A stretch of DNA of 64,000 nucleotides from Candidatus Dormiibacterota bacterium (GTDB lineage Bacteria; Chloroflexota; Dormibacteria; Aeolococcales; Bog-877): contig DATLQZ010000111.1 of NCBI GenBank assembly GCA_035534915.1, forward strand, positions 90,446 to 154,445. The letters run 5' to 3'. Every line of letters starts with the position of its first letter. Position 1 is the first letter of the stretch. The notes below the pieces were generated by a model. It was given only the letters and a program-made list of their open reading frames with translations. It was not told where the DNA came from and did no database searches. This document shows positions 28,401 to 35,966 of this stretch, in pieces. The position numbers were made by a program, and so were the translations under genes.

Positions 28401-28707
28401 AGTTTCCGCTCGGACCCCACTCGAGGTATCCACGGAGTGACGAGTCGGTCGCCCAGGTCACGTCAGCAGACGTTTGGGTGAGGTCCGATACATAGGGCGC
28501 GCGGGTCAGGAGGTTGCTGAACCCCTGAAAGGGCGCCACTGAAATCGGGCCCGGCCCGCTGGCCCCCGCCGGACTCGACTGGAGCACGCTTGCTGTAGCA
28601 GCCACAACGAGCGCACTCGCAAGCATTAGCGAGAGGTGAGCCCGCCGACCGTACCGGGGAAAGCGGAGCGTCTGCCCGCAGAGCCTAAGGCTCATCCTAC
28701 CGAACAT
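25462..28707 (-). CDS. secreted multidomain protein: purple-acid-phosphatase-like metallophosphoesterase, FN3, and 3 tandem Cys-containing repeat domains
   Basis: Signal peptide. Metallophosphatase motifs in order: MADTG, AGDVAY, DGNHG, VVWH, GHAH. FN3 at about aa 573-660. Three homologous modules of about 127-146 aa at the C-terminus. Confidence 0.9.
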   Translation of the reverse strand: MFGRMSLRLCGQTLRFPRYGRRAHLSLMLASALVVAATASVLQSSPAGASGPGPISVAPFQGFSNLLTRAPYVSDLTQTSADVTWATDSSLRGYLEWGPSGNCVANRALVPGSLPPSVPASATTPTTTSLEFAVLNRSEYQATVQLTGLTAGTTYCYRPVGYQYVGIVKTPVDLLGSNPSQSFTTLDPPNTSSTAPLTFDVMADTGENLANATQPFPIPSAGAPNYVNPDQAAIDHLIGQSGARFLLLAGDVAYPSGLNKRYGDLQQTGNASNPEVSTFFGPSYWPQTGGVPAFYTDGNHGLSSVDPLRIWPESATATTSGGLYGPVSYPSILGSQPATYPSDWYAFSTGNVRVYVLQVAWADTNAGAAPGGPYQIDAAAHWQANSAEYDWLRQDLAAHPGGIKFVVWHYPLRSDGSSQLSDTYLQNSSANPNGAQGSLETLLADNGVYIAFNGHAHTYQRVDPSGTGQLINYVTGGGGGTPSPVTCGSNVQGMSSLYALGWDPTTLPGVGSSCGVTNGVATSNVPVPQSAAQVYNFLRVTVSGSQVTVSPTNAAGQVFDQQTYTFGASAPLAPSQPTGIGEPSAVSLSWALPPNQSTSATTSYIVTPYVGGVAQTPIDTGSVYPTYTAVGLTNGTSYTFTVAGVNAVGTGPPSPQSAAIVPTAPNPATYNPLTPYRICDTRAGNPSNLAGVNAQCAGQTFGPGSQLNIQVGGTNPSGTTSGGVPASATAVVLNITSTDTTAPSWLAVWPAGGSMPLSSSVNWSPGQTVANLVTVALGPGGTISLYNSNGQADVVVDVEGWMDSTSASGGPYVPLSPYRVCDTRAGNPSNLTGANAQCQGRTVGPGGTLTIQVTGTNPSGTASGGVPATGVIAVALTVTATNATAPSWLAVWPAGQPQPLASNVNFSAGQTIPNGVIAAVGSNGTVNIYNANGGTDVVVDVAGYYASPPSSPTGASYFVPMVPYRICDTRPTSSSGLTDACTGHTLQGGTVFVLQVTGVGGVPLSATAIVLNVTVTDTNAPDYLAVYPDGVPRPFTSNLNWAAGETVASGVTATLGSDGALDFYLPQGRADLVVDVVGWQQ
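25465..26706 (-). repeat. three tandem copies of a 380-440-nt coding repeat (aa 668-808, 809-954, 955-1081)
   Basis: Each copy has P.R.CDTR...C.G..., APSWLAVWPAG/APDYLAVYPDG, S..N(W/F)..G.T..N and D.VVDV.G(W/Y). Copies 1 and 2 still share nucleotide strings (ggccaNacggcgagccagct) about 430 nt apart. Confidence 0.85.
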
Positions 28708-28730
28708 GGTCCTCCCATAGACGTGGTTGG

Positions 28731-28760
28731 ATGGTAGGCATGTCAGGTTCCCGCTGTCAA
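28731..28760 (-). promoter_or_regulatory. sigma-70-like promoter for the large secreted protein gene
   Basis: Minus strand: TTGACA, 18 nt, TACCAT, then gggagga 5 nt before the ATG at 28707. Confidence 0.45.
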
Positions 28761-29103
28761 GAAGGAATTGGGCCCAGCATGGTCCCTGTCAAAGTCCAGA
28801 GGGACGTTAGCCGCTGGGTCCCGCCTGAGTTCACTGATGTAGGCGGCGGTCCCCATGTCGGCAGGCGGGCAGGCGGTCAGGAGATCGGGAGGGCGACTTT
28901 GAGGGACCCCTGGGGGCTGCCCGGGACTTGCGCGCAGGCTGGCCCATCACATCTTGCGGCAGATGCCGACCAAGGAATGGCTCGCAGTGCGCATGAGCCG
29001 CGGTGAGTCGACCGGTGCCACCCAGAGTGAGCTCTCGCTCGGGCCGCCCGCCAGCTAGCCCGACCCGCGATCTTGTGACGACCGAAGGGATGCTCGCTAA
29101 GAC

Positions 29104-29346
29104 TCAGCTGGCCAAGCCCCGAACGTCACCGATGCGACGCGGTGGCGCGAAGTCCCCTGCGCTCTGGGCAGAAAGAGTCCTGACGGCTGTCACGCCAAGG
29201 GCGCGCATGATTGAGCAAGCCAGGCAGCACGGTACCCCGGTGGCGTCGAGGACAGCACCCTCGAGGAGTTTGGTCTGGCACTCGGGGCACCGCCCGATTG
29301 TGCGTCGCAATGGCAAGAGCCCGCCCAACGTGCTGGCAATGTTCAC
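29104..29346 (-). CDS. small C4 zinc-finger protein (TraR/DksA-type spacing; tentative)
   Basis: GTG start 6 nt after gaggagg. CPEC-17 aa-CLAC (RRTIGRCPECQTKLLEGAVLDATGVPCCLAC). In the same frame as upstream ORF 29374..29715, separated by one TAA and 9 codons. Confidence 0.45.
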   Translation of the reverse strand: MNIASTLGGLLPLRRTIGRCPECQTKLLEGAVLDATGVPCCLACSIMRALGVTAVRTLSAQSAGDFAPPRRIGDVRGLAS

Positions 29347-29363
29347 TGAGAACCTCCTCAGGG

Positions 29364-29381
29364 ATCCGTAATGTTACGGAT
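29364..29381. promoter_or_regulatory. 18-bp near-perfect palindrome ATCCGTAA-TG-TTACGGAT
   Basis: 8-bp arms read directly. It spans the TAA stop of ORF 29374..29715 and lies 18 nt upstream of the GTG (8 nt upstream of the SD) of the zinc-finger ORF. AT-richer than the surrounding sequence. Confidence 0.4.
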
Positions 29382-30182
29382 GGCCCCATCTCTGCTTCGA
29401 TTGTGGGATGTCAGTCAGGTTCGATGGCCTGATCTCGTCTTTCACGAGCTTGATCTGATATGCGCCATAGCACCACCACGGGTCGGCGACGATCGTGTGA
29501 AGGTCCGGTGACACCTCCATACGTCTGAATAGGGATTCACCCAGATCTCCGGTTTCGACGGCATCGGGCCCCAGGCCAGAGCGGGCAGGTGTGGATCCAT
29601 TCCTAGACCCAGACCCCTGGAATCGGGCGACTTGCAGCCTTCCAAGTACGCTTCCAGCCGGGCTCGCTGGCCGCGAGATGGGCAGGGCCGCAAGTGCCGT
29701 CGAGCATGCGCTCATACAACACGCATTCTGGCAACGCTAACTTATGACGAAGTTAAGACATGTTTGACAATCCACCGCCGGGCAGCGGGCGCGATTGCAA
29801 CCCGGATCACTGGGCCGTTGGCGCCGTGGAAACAACCACTGGAACACCGCTGTGGTGTCAGTCCGGGTCCATTCCGGCGTGTGGGATTAAACTACGGGGG
29901 TGCCGGTAATTGTTTGGCGCAGATCCCTGGGTGCCCGCGGCGGGCCACCGCGGGCTTGGCGCGCCTCGGAGCGGGTTCGAGTCGATGCATCCTCGGGATT
30001 GGGTCTCGGCTCGAGCGATCGGCTGGCGCGTATTCCGGTGGTCCGGACGCGCCAATGACCTGGTCTCCGGCGAGCCCCTGGACCGGAGGGGCGGCGACGC
30101 CCAAGTCTTCGCGACCGGTGCCGTGCCGCCCGCGGAAGAGTGAGCAGACGTTCGGCCTAACCCGACTGCCTGGGGCCATGCC

Positions 30183-31346
30183 ATGAGGTTGCGGCTGCTG
30201 GTTACCGCCGTTGCCGTGATGGCCGTGGTGGTGACTGCGGCGGGGGTTTTGGTAGCTGTCCGTGTCGCCTCGGTGCGGCCGTCGGCTCGGGCCAGCCCGA
30301 CCACCTCCTCCTCGGAGGCGCCCTCGCCCACCGTCGCGCTCACCCCCGGACCTGCCGGAAGACCAGTTGTGTACGTCTATTACTATATGTGGTGGACCCC
30401 TCAGCATTGGCAGTCGAAGCTGGGACCCAAGTACCCCTTGAATGGGCCGCGGCTCGTTGCCCCCGGATCCACGAATGCCCAAGGCTGCAACCCTACGACC
30501 AAGTACCCAGGTGCGACTATTGTTGACCTACCGCAGGTGGGGTTATACAACCAGAACTTAGCCTCCACGTACGAGACCCAAATCTCCCAGGCCGCACAGG
30601 CCGGAGTAACGGGATTTCTGGCGAGTTGGCAGGGGACTGGAACTGCGCATCAGAGCGCGGTTTCATCTGGGTACGACCAGAGGTTGGCGCTGTTGGTCCA
30701 CGCTGTGAATCTCTACAATCAGGTCCACCCGACAGCCCCCTTCTACCTGGGCCTGGCTTTCTCGGCCTTTGGGGACTACACGCGCCCGGCCAGCCAGATC
30801 GAAGCTGACCTCACGTACTTCTCCCGCACCTATGGGCGCAATCCTGCTTTTCGTAACTCCTACAGCTCGAATCCCATCGTGGTGGTGATGGACAGCCGTA
30901 AGTACTCCCTGTCGACGGTAAGTGGCATCTGGAACACCGAGCATGCATCAGCCTACCTAGTTGGCGATGAGACCAGTCAGTCGTGGGCTCGCGATCAGCC
31001 GTACTTGGACGCAACGTCCTACTACTGGTCCTCTGAGGACCCGTGGACGAACACCGCTGCACGGTCCGACCTCATTAGCCTCGGGAAGCAGGTGAGGGCT
31101 GCGGGCAAGAGGTGGTTCGCGCCCTTCATTCCGGGATACAACAAACAGTTGCTCGGTGGGTCGTGCGTTCCTCGGGACGGCGTAGCGACGATGGCGAAGC
31201 TCTGGAGCATAAACGCCGCCAGCGGCCCGCAGGGTTGGTTTGGGATCAGTTGGAATGAGTTCGTCGAGAATACCTACCTGCAGCCCAGCCTGAACTACGG
31301 GTCGACGTATTTGCGCGAGCTGAAGCTTCTTATTGAGGGCACCTAG
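30183..31346 (+). CDS. membrane-anchored/secreted GH99-like glycoside hydrolase (endo-alpha-mannosidase family-like; tentative)
   Basis: N-terminal TM/signal anchor and a Ser/Pro linker. VVYVYYYMWW..., GLYNQN...AGVTGFLASWQGTG, FIPGYN and ISWNEFVENTYLQP resemble the YY.WY / G.YSS.D / SWWG / PGY.D / FNEW.EGT.IEP pattern I recall for GH99. Confidence 0.5.
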   Translation: MRLRLLVTAVAVMAVVVTAAGVLVAVRVASVRPSARASPTTSSSEAPSPTVALTPGPAGRPVVYVYYYMWWTPQHWQSKLGPKYPLNGPRLVAPGSTNAQGCNPTTKYPGATIVDLPQVGLYNQNLASTYETQISQAAQAGVTGFLASWQGTGTAHQSAVSSGYDQRLALLVHAVNLYNQVHPTAPFYLGLAFSAFGDYTRPASQIEADLTYFSRTYGRNPAFRNSYSSNPIVVVMDSRKYSLSTVSGIWNTEHASAYLVGDETSQSWARDQPYLDATSYYWSSEDPWTNTAARSDLISLGKQVRAAGKRWFAPFIPGYNKQLLGGSCVPRDGVATMAKLWSINAASGPQGWFGISWNEFVENTYLQPSLNYGSTYLRELKLLIEGT

Positions 31347-31540
31347 GCGATCAGGGCCGAATAGGGCGGCCGAGGCGTGTTGAGTGCGGTTTCCCTGAGC
31401 CAGCCCCGCTTCAGCTCGTGGGCTTGTCGTCAGAGACGCCTCCCAGCCATTGGCATGAAATACATGCTCTTTTATCGACTTTCTACCTTGTCCCCTCTAT
31501 GGAACGGCGGAACCGCGGCCGGAGGACCCGGGTGGCCGGA

Positions 31541-32890
31541 CTAGCGAACTTCCCCTGCGAAGACCCAGCTGACGAAGCGACGGCGCCACGGCCCGAGCGC
31601 CAACAGGCTCAGAACGGCCACGGCCACCGCAACAGCGCCTCCGACGATATCCAGGAGCGTGATCACAGGAATGGGCACACTGGTCGCTCTGGACACGCGC
31701 ACCTTAAGGCCCGGGCCGAAGCCTCCCCCGACGAGCTTGATTGCGTATAGACCACTCGGGACGGTGATGGTAGATTGACCTCTACTTGGCAGCACAACGT
31801 GAATAGTCGTGCCCTCGGGGCCGGTGACGGCGACTGTCCCGCCAACTTGCGCTCCAAGGAAGGCATTGCGAGCGATCAGGGCCAACGGAAAGATTGCCAG
31901 TCGCATCGTCCAAGTCCCACCATCGCTGGGGACGAAGCGATCAACGCCCTGATTGGCCACATTGACGCCCTTGTAGTAGCCCGCGACAAGAGCATAGGTG
32001 GTGGCCCCGACCGCGAGCGCCCCGGTGGACGTCCGACGAGGTACTGGAGTGGTCAGCCAGACCGCCGACTGGTTGCCTACAGCGACCTTAGTCCCGTCGG
32101 GTCCGGTCAGGCTGAGCCCCTGGACCTGGGATCGGGCCAGCGGCCGCCCGAGCCCATCTTGGAACTTCAATGGCGTCAAATAGGCCACCTGGAGCGCGAT
32201 CTGAGTGTAGGTCCGTCCGTGCGGTTTGATAGTGCGAGTCAGCGACACGTCGCCGTTGGACCAGTCCACGAAGGTCACCCGCACATTCGGCGGCGGGGTA
32301 AGGAGAACCGCTTGGAGTGTGAGGTGGCCCCCGACCGGCAAGCTCGTATTGATGTAGCCCTCCGCGTCCGGAGCCAAAGCCGGTCCGCCATCGACGCGGA
32401 CGGCGATGGACTTGGGGATGTACGGTACGACCCGGATGCTGAGTGACGCTGCGGTCACGGTGACAGAGCGGGACGCGCGGGCCGACTCAATGGGTCCACC
32501 CCCCTTGAAGATGGCGGTGATGGTCTGGATGCCCGCTGGCAACACGGCGTGGATGGTCGTGGCCGCGTACCCACTGGAATTGGTCTTGGCGCCGCCGACC
32601 TCCGCTCCAGCAGCGTAGAACCGTATGAGGTGCTTAACCACCGGCACCCCGGACGATGTGACCACCACCGAGACGGGGATTGGCTCCCCGGTAGTCAAGG
32701 AATTGGTGGGTACCGTCAACGCGATATTAACGACGATGTGCGGCTGACTCTTGTGAGTTGCTGCGACCACAGGGGATGCGGCTAGGAGCAATAGCGGAAA
32801 GAACCACAGAACAAATGCTCCCTTGCGCAATCCGCTCCTGCGAGCCGTGGAATGCCGCTGTGGTCGGTGCCACTTTTCGTGTAGGTCCAT
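31541..32890 (-). CDS. membrane-anchored extracytoplasmic protein with Ig-like beta-sandwich repeats (hypothetical)
   Basis: Start taken at the Met whose ATG overlaps the upstream TAA (TAATG). N-terminal signal/TM (FVLWFFPLLLLAASPVVAA), beta-rich repeats (PIPVSVVVTSSG..., SVTVTAASL) and a C-terminal TM helix plus RRR. Confidence 0.6.
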   Translation of the reverse strand: MDLHEKWHRPQRHSTARRSGLRKGAFVLWFFPLLLLAASPVVAATHKSQPHIVVNIALTVPTNSLTTGEPIPVSVVVTSSGVPVVKHLIRFYAAGAEVGGAKTNSSGYAATTIHAVLPAGIQTITAIFKGGGPIESARASRSVTVTAASLSIRVVPYIPKSIAVRVDGGPALAPDAEGYINTSLPVGGHLTLQAVLLTPPPNVRVTFVDWSNGDVSLTRTIKPHGRTYTQIALQVAYLTPLKFQDGLGRPLARSQVQGLSLTGPDGTKVAVGNQSAVWLTTPVPRRTSTGALAVGATTYALVAGYYKGVNVANQGVDRFVPSDGGTWTMRLAIFPLALIARNAFLGAQVGGTVAVTGPEGTTIHVVLPSRGQSTITVPSGLYAIKLVGGGFGPGLKVRVSRATSVPIPVITLLDIVGGAVAVAVAVLSLLALGPWRRRFVSWVFAGEVR

Positions 32891-34254
32891 TAGGCTTTCC
32901 TCTCTTCGCGACGTCGGTTCCGGCTCAGCCATGTCGATCCCGCATACGTGATAAGAAAGAGCAGCAGTAGCCCGGGGACGCTATACGCGACCACGACTGC
33001 CGTGAGCGAGCCGTGGGCCAGCCCCGCAGTGGGCATCGATCCCATGGTTACTGGTGCGGGGGACCCCCCGCGCGTATGAAACGAGAAAGCTCCCATCAGG
33101 TTTGTAGCCGCTTGGTCGCGCGTGGTAAGCGGTGGCAAGCCGTAGAGGGTCTCAATGAACTTCAGGATGGATGTGAAGTCGGCGGTACCCGTGTAGATCG
33201 TCCCCCGATCTGCGAATGGAGACACTATCAGGAGCGGTACGCGGAAGCCGTAGCCGACACTGTCCACCTGGGGGGGCGGCACGCCGTCGTACCAGCCGCC
33301 CCAGTCGGACCAGGTGAGGAAGATCGCCGATGAGCTCCAGATCCGGCTGCGCATGATGGTATTGATCAACCCGACTGTGGCAATTTCGCCGCTGGCGATG
33401 TTGCCGGGCGCGTGCTCCGTCTGCCCCGGCTGGACTACGTAGCTGACCGCCGGGGCGCTGCCGCGGGCGAGGTCGTGGTACAAGGTCGAAAGGTCCTGGA
33501 CCCGGGCTAGGTCGGCCGGGTTGCCGGCGATATTCGCCAACCCCAGGATGGGCACCTGCGGTAGGAGGGCGGCCTGCAGCCCGCTGGCGACATGTTTGCG
33601 GTACTGCGCCACGAAATATCCCCAGCTCACGCCAGCACCATCCAGCCGGTTAAAGATCGTGGGAACGGTAGGAAGAGCCGCCCCGGCAGCCGCTGGGGCC
33701 CAACTCTGGGCTCCCACTAGGAATTGGTGATTGGCGGTACTCCCGCCCAGCGCAGAGGAGAAAAAGTGGTCGGCGAGAACATACTTACGGGCCAGCGACC
33801 AGTAGTAGGGAATCTCCTTGGCGGTGTAGTAGCCCATGGTGAGGGAGCTGCCACCGGCCAGCGATTGTTGGGTCGCCGAGAAGCCGTTCATGGCGCCGCC
33901 GTTGAGAGCCTGCTTGGCTGCCCGCAGGGAGTTGTCCAGCGGAGCTGTGCGCACGGTGGTCAGCTGATGTGCCGTGACCACTCCCGAAGCGGGACTGGAT
34001 GGGTTGAGAGGGACTGTGGTACTGGCCGAGAGACCGGTGACGCCCGGGAAGGTGCCGAAGTAGTTGTCGAAGGAGTGGCCCTCTTGGACGATCACAAAAA
34101 CATGCTTGATCTTGCCAGCCGCGAGGTGATTGATCGCTACCGGCCCGGCCGTGGCTGGCTGGGGGGGCAGTGGAGCGGCGGCCGCCATCGCGGGGGCGGT
34201 CAACAGCCATCCGGTGACAAGCCCGACGCCAGTGCAGCGGAGGAATTGCCTCAC
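32890..34254 (-). CDS. phosphoesterase family protein (PLC / AcpA acid-phosphatase family, PF04185-like) with signal peptide and C-terminal TM anchor
   Basis: Hallmark IKHVFVIVQEGHSFDNYFGTFPGV. TEHAPGNI, LTWSDWGGWYD, GFRVP. C-terminal VVVAYSVPGLLLLFLITYAG followed by RNRRREERKA. Confidence 0.8.
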   Translation of the reverse strand: MRQFLRCTGVGLVTGWLLTAPAMAAAAPLPPQPATAGPVAINHLAAGKIKHVFVIVQEGHSFDNYFGTFPGVTGLSASTTVPLNPSSPASGVVTAHQLTTVRTAPLDNSLRAAKQALNGGAMNGFSATQQSLAGGSSLTMGYYTAKEIPYYWSLARKYVLADHFFSSALGGSTANHQFLVGAQSWAPAAAGAALPTVPTIFNRLDGAGVSWGYFVAQYRKHVASGLQAALLPQVPILGLANIAGNPADLARVQDLSTLYHDLARGSAPAVSYVVQPGQTEHAPGNIASGEIATVGLINTIMRSRIWSSSAIFLTWSDWGGWYDGVPPPQVDSVGYGFRVPLLIVSPFADRGTIYTGTADFTSILKFIETLYGLPPLTTRDQAATNLMGAFSFHTRGGSPAPVTMGSMPTAGLAHGSLTAVVVAYSVPGLLLLFLITYAGSTWLSRNRRREERKA

Positions 34255-35906
34255 GGCTGCACCTGGTAGATCAGGACCACCGCGGAGGGACGCGCCGCCG
34301 ATGAGTGATGCTGATCGTATTGATAGACTAAGATGCCGTTGAATTTGTGCGCCAGAGCCAGTATTCGATCGGCAAACTGGACACTTCTGGCTGCCGAGTA
34401 GGCGTCGTAGACCAGGTATTGCACCGCTCCGCTTCTGATCAGCAGGTCCGCGTTCTTAACCGCTGCGTATGCGGGGTTACGGTGCAAGGGGTTGGTGCTG
34501 ACGCTTAGAGCCAGAGCGCGATCCAGGCTGTAGAACTGGATGACGTTTGCAAACGTCGGGCCGATGGTCAAGAACACCGAACCAGGCAAGGTGTGGGCCT
34601 TGATCCACAAGGCGGTCGGCCGTCCCGCCATCAAGCCGCCTGATCCCGCCAGAGCGGTGACCCGGGCGGGCAGGGGCTGGCCGCTGTCAGAACCGACCAG
34701 AGCGGCCGCCGTGGCGTCCGCAGTCAGGACCGGGCTGACGGTGAATAGCAGTGACCCCACTGCCGCCAAGGCCACCAAGACTGAAACCGCCAGGCTGGCG
34801 CGGGCTGCCCCGGTCGCGCGTCGGCCCAGGCGAACGAGCACGGCCGCAAACGCAGCGCCACAGGTGCGGGCCCCAGAAGTGGCCAGGAGCATGACTGGAG
34901 CCATCGCCGGAATCAAGTACTCGTAGCCCTTGGTCGGCCAGAGTTCCAGGAAGCCACACATCATCACAACCAGAGAAAGCAACAGGACTTCAGTCGTGGT
35001 CCGCCGGCGGATTGCAGTGAGGGTACCGATGATCACCAAGGCGGTTATTCCCCAGCCGATGGTTCCGAAGAGGCCGGGATAAAAGAGTAGGGAGTGATTG
35101 GCGGGCCGAAGAATCTGCCACACGAAATAGTCCAGACCCGTCGACGCCTTGCCCGCGCTGAGTTCGGCCAGCGGGTATGGAGCGATTGTCACCAAGTAGA
35201 TTCCGCCGGCGATGAGCAGGTCACGGTACCGCCGGACGACGTGCGGCGCTAGGATCAGGAAGACGAGGACTGGCGGCACCATCAGTATGGCCGTCTCCTT
35301 GGAGAGGAAGGCGAGCCCGGCGGCGAAGGCGGCACCCCACAAGAAGAGGTGATTGGTGCGTCTTACGTAGAGGCACAGGAACAGGACGCTTACCGCGACA
35401 AAAAATGCTTCCGGTCCGTCTAGGAGCATCTGCCGCGACACTGAGATGGGGTACGGTGATAGTGCGGTGCAAAGCATTGCGATTAGGGCGGCGAGGCGCC
35501 CCCACAAGGTAAGCGCCACCAACCCGGTAACCAGTATCAGGCCGACGCCAAAGGCAACGCACACCTCCCGTGCGCCGAGTCCGGTTACTCCGCTCAATCG
35601 ATACAGGATCGAAACGATCAGCTGAATGAGGAGTGGATGTGCTCGGAAAATCCCGAACAGGTGACTGTACTGAGTGAAGCCGCCGAGGCCCGCTGCCTGG
35701 GCGGCGTACACAGCCTCGTCGGAATTCAACCCATACTGACCTAGGTTGTGCAGTCGAATCGCCAGGCCAGCCGCCAAGATTGCTACGGCTGCCCCCACGG
35801 TCAGGACGGCCCCATAGTGGCGTGCTCCCACGGCGGTCCGAATATGTCTCATCTGAGCTGGGTCCCCGTGGTTGCCGAGGCCACCATCGTCCCGGATGGC
35901 GTGCAA
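34251..35906 (-). CDS. GT-C fold glycosyltransferase (ArnT / PMT_2 / GT39-83-like)
   Basis: At least 10 TM segments. First-loop motif GLNSDEAVYAAQA matches the DE..YA signature of ArnT/PMT-type GT-C enzymes. Soluble C-terminal domain of about 130 aa. The stop overlaps the next start by 4 nt. Confidence 0.7.
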   Translation of the reverse strand: MHAIRDDGGLGNHGDPAQMRHIRTAVGARHYGAVLTVGAAVAILAAGLAIRLHNLGQYGLNSDEAVYAAQAAGLGGFTQYSHLFGIFRAHPLLIQLIVSILYRLSGVTGLGAREVCVAFGVGLILVTGLVALTLWGRLAALIAMLCTALSPYPISVSRQMLLDGPEAFFVAVSVLFLCLYVRRTNHLFLWGAAFAAGLAFLSKETAILMVPPVLVFLILAPHVVRRYRDLLIAGGIYLVTIAPYPLAELSAGKASTGLDYFVWQILRPANHSLLFYPGLFGTIGWGITALVIIGTLTAIRRRTTTEVLLLSLVVMMCGFLELWPTKGYEYLIPAMAPVMLLATSGARTCGAAFAAVLVRLGRRATGAARASLAVSVLVALAAVGSLLFTVSPVLTADATAAALVGSDSGQPLPARVTALAGSGGLMAGRPTALWIKAHTLPGSVFLTIGPTFANVIQFYSLDRALALSVSTNPLHRNPAYAAVKNADLLIRSGAVQYLVYDAYSAARSVQFADRILALAHKFNGILVYQYDQHHSSAARPSAVVLIYQVQP

Positions 35907-35966
35907 CGAGGAGCTATCGGGGCAGCCCGGACCGTTCCGACACCGATTGGTGCCGCGTCCAGCCCA

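Noticed and set aside
28708-29103. ORF 28731..29006 (+) and other ORFs upstream of the large phosphatase gene.
   Set aside because: The composition looks non-coding. The region is better explained as the promoter/leader of the minus-strand gene (TTGACA-18-TACCAT).
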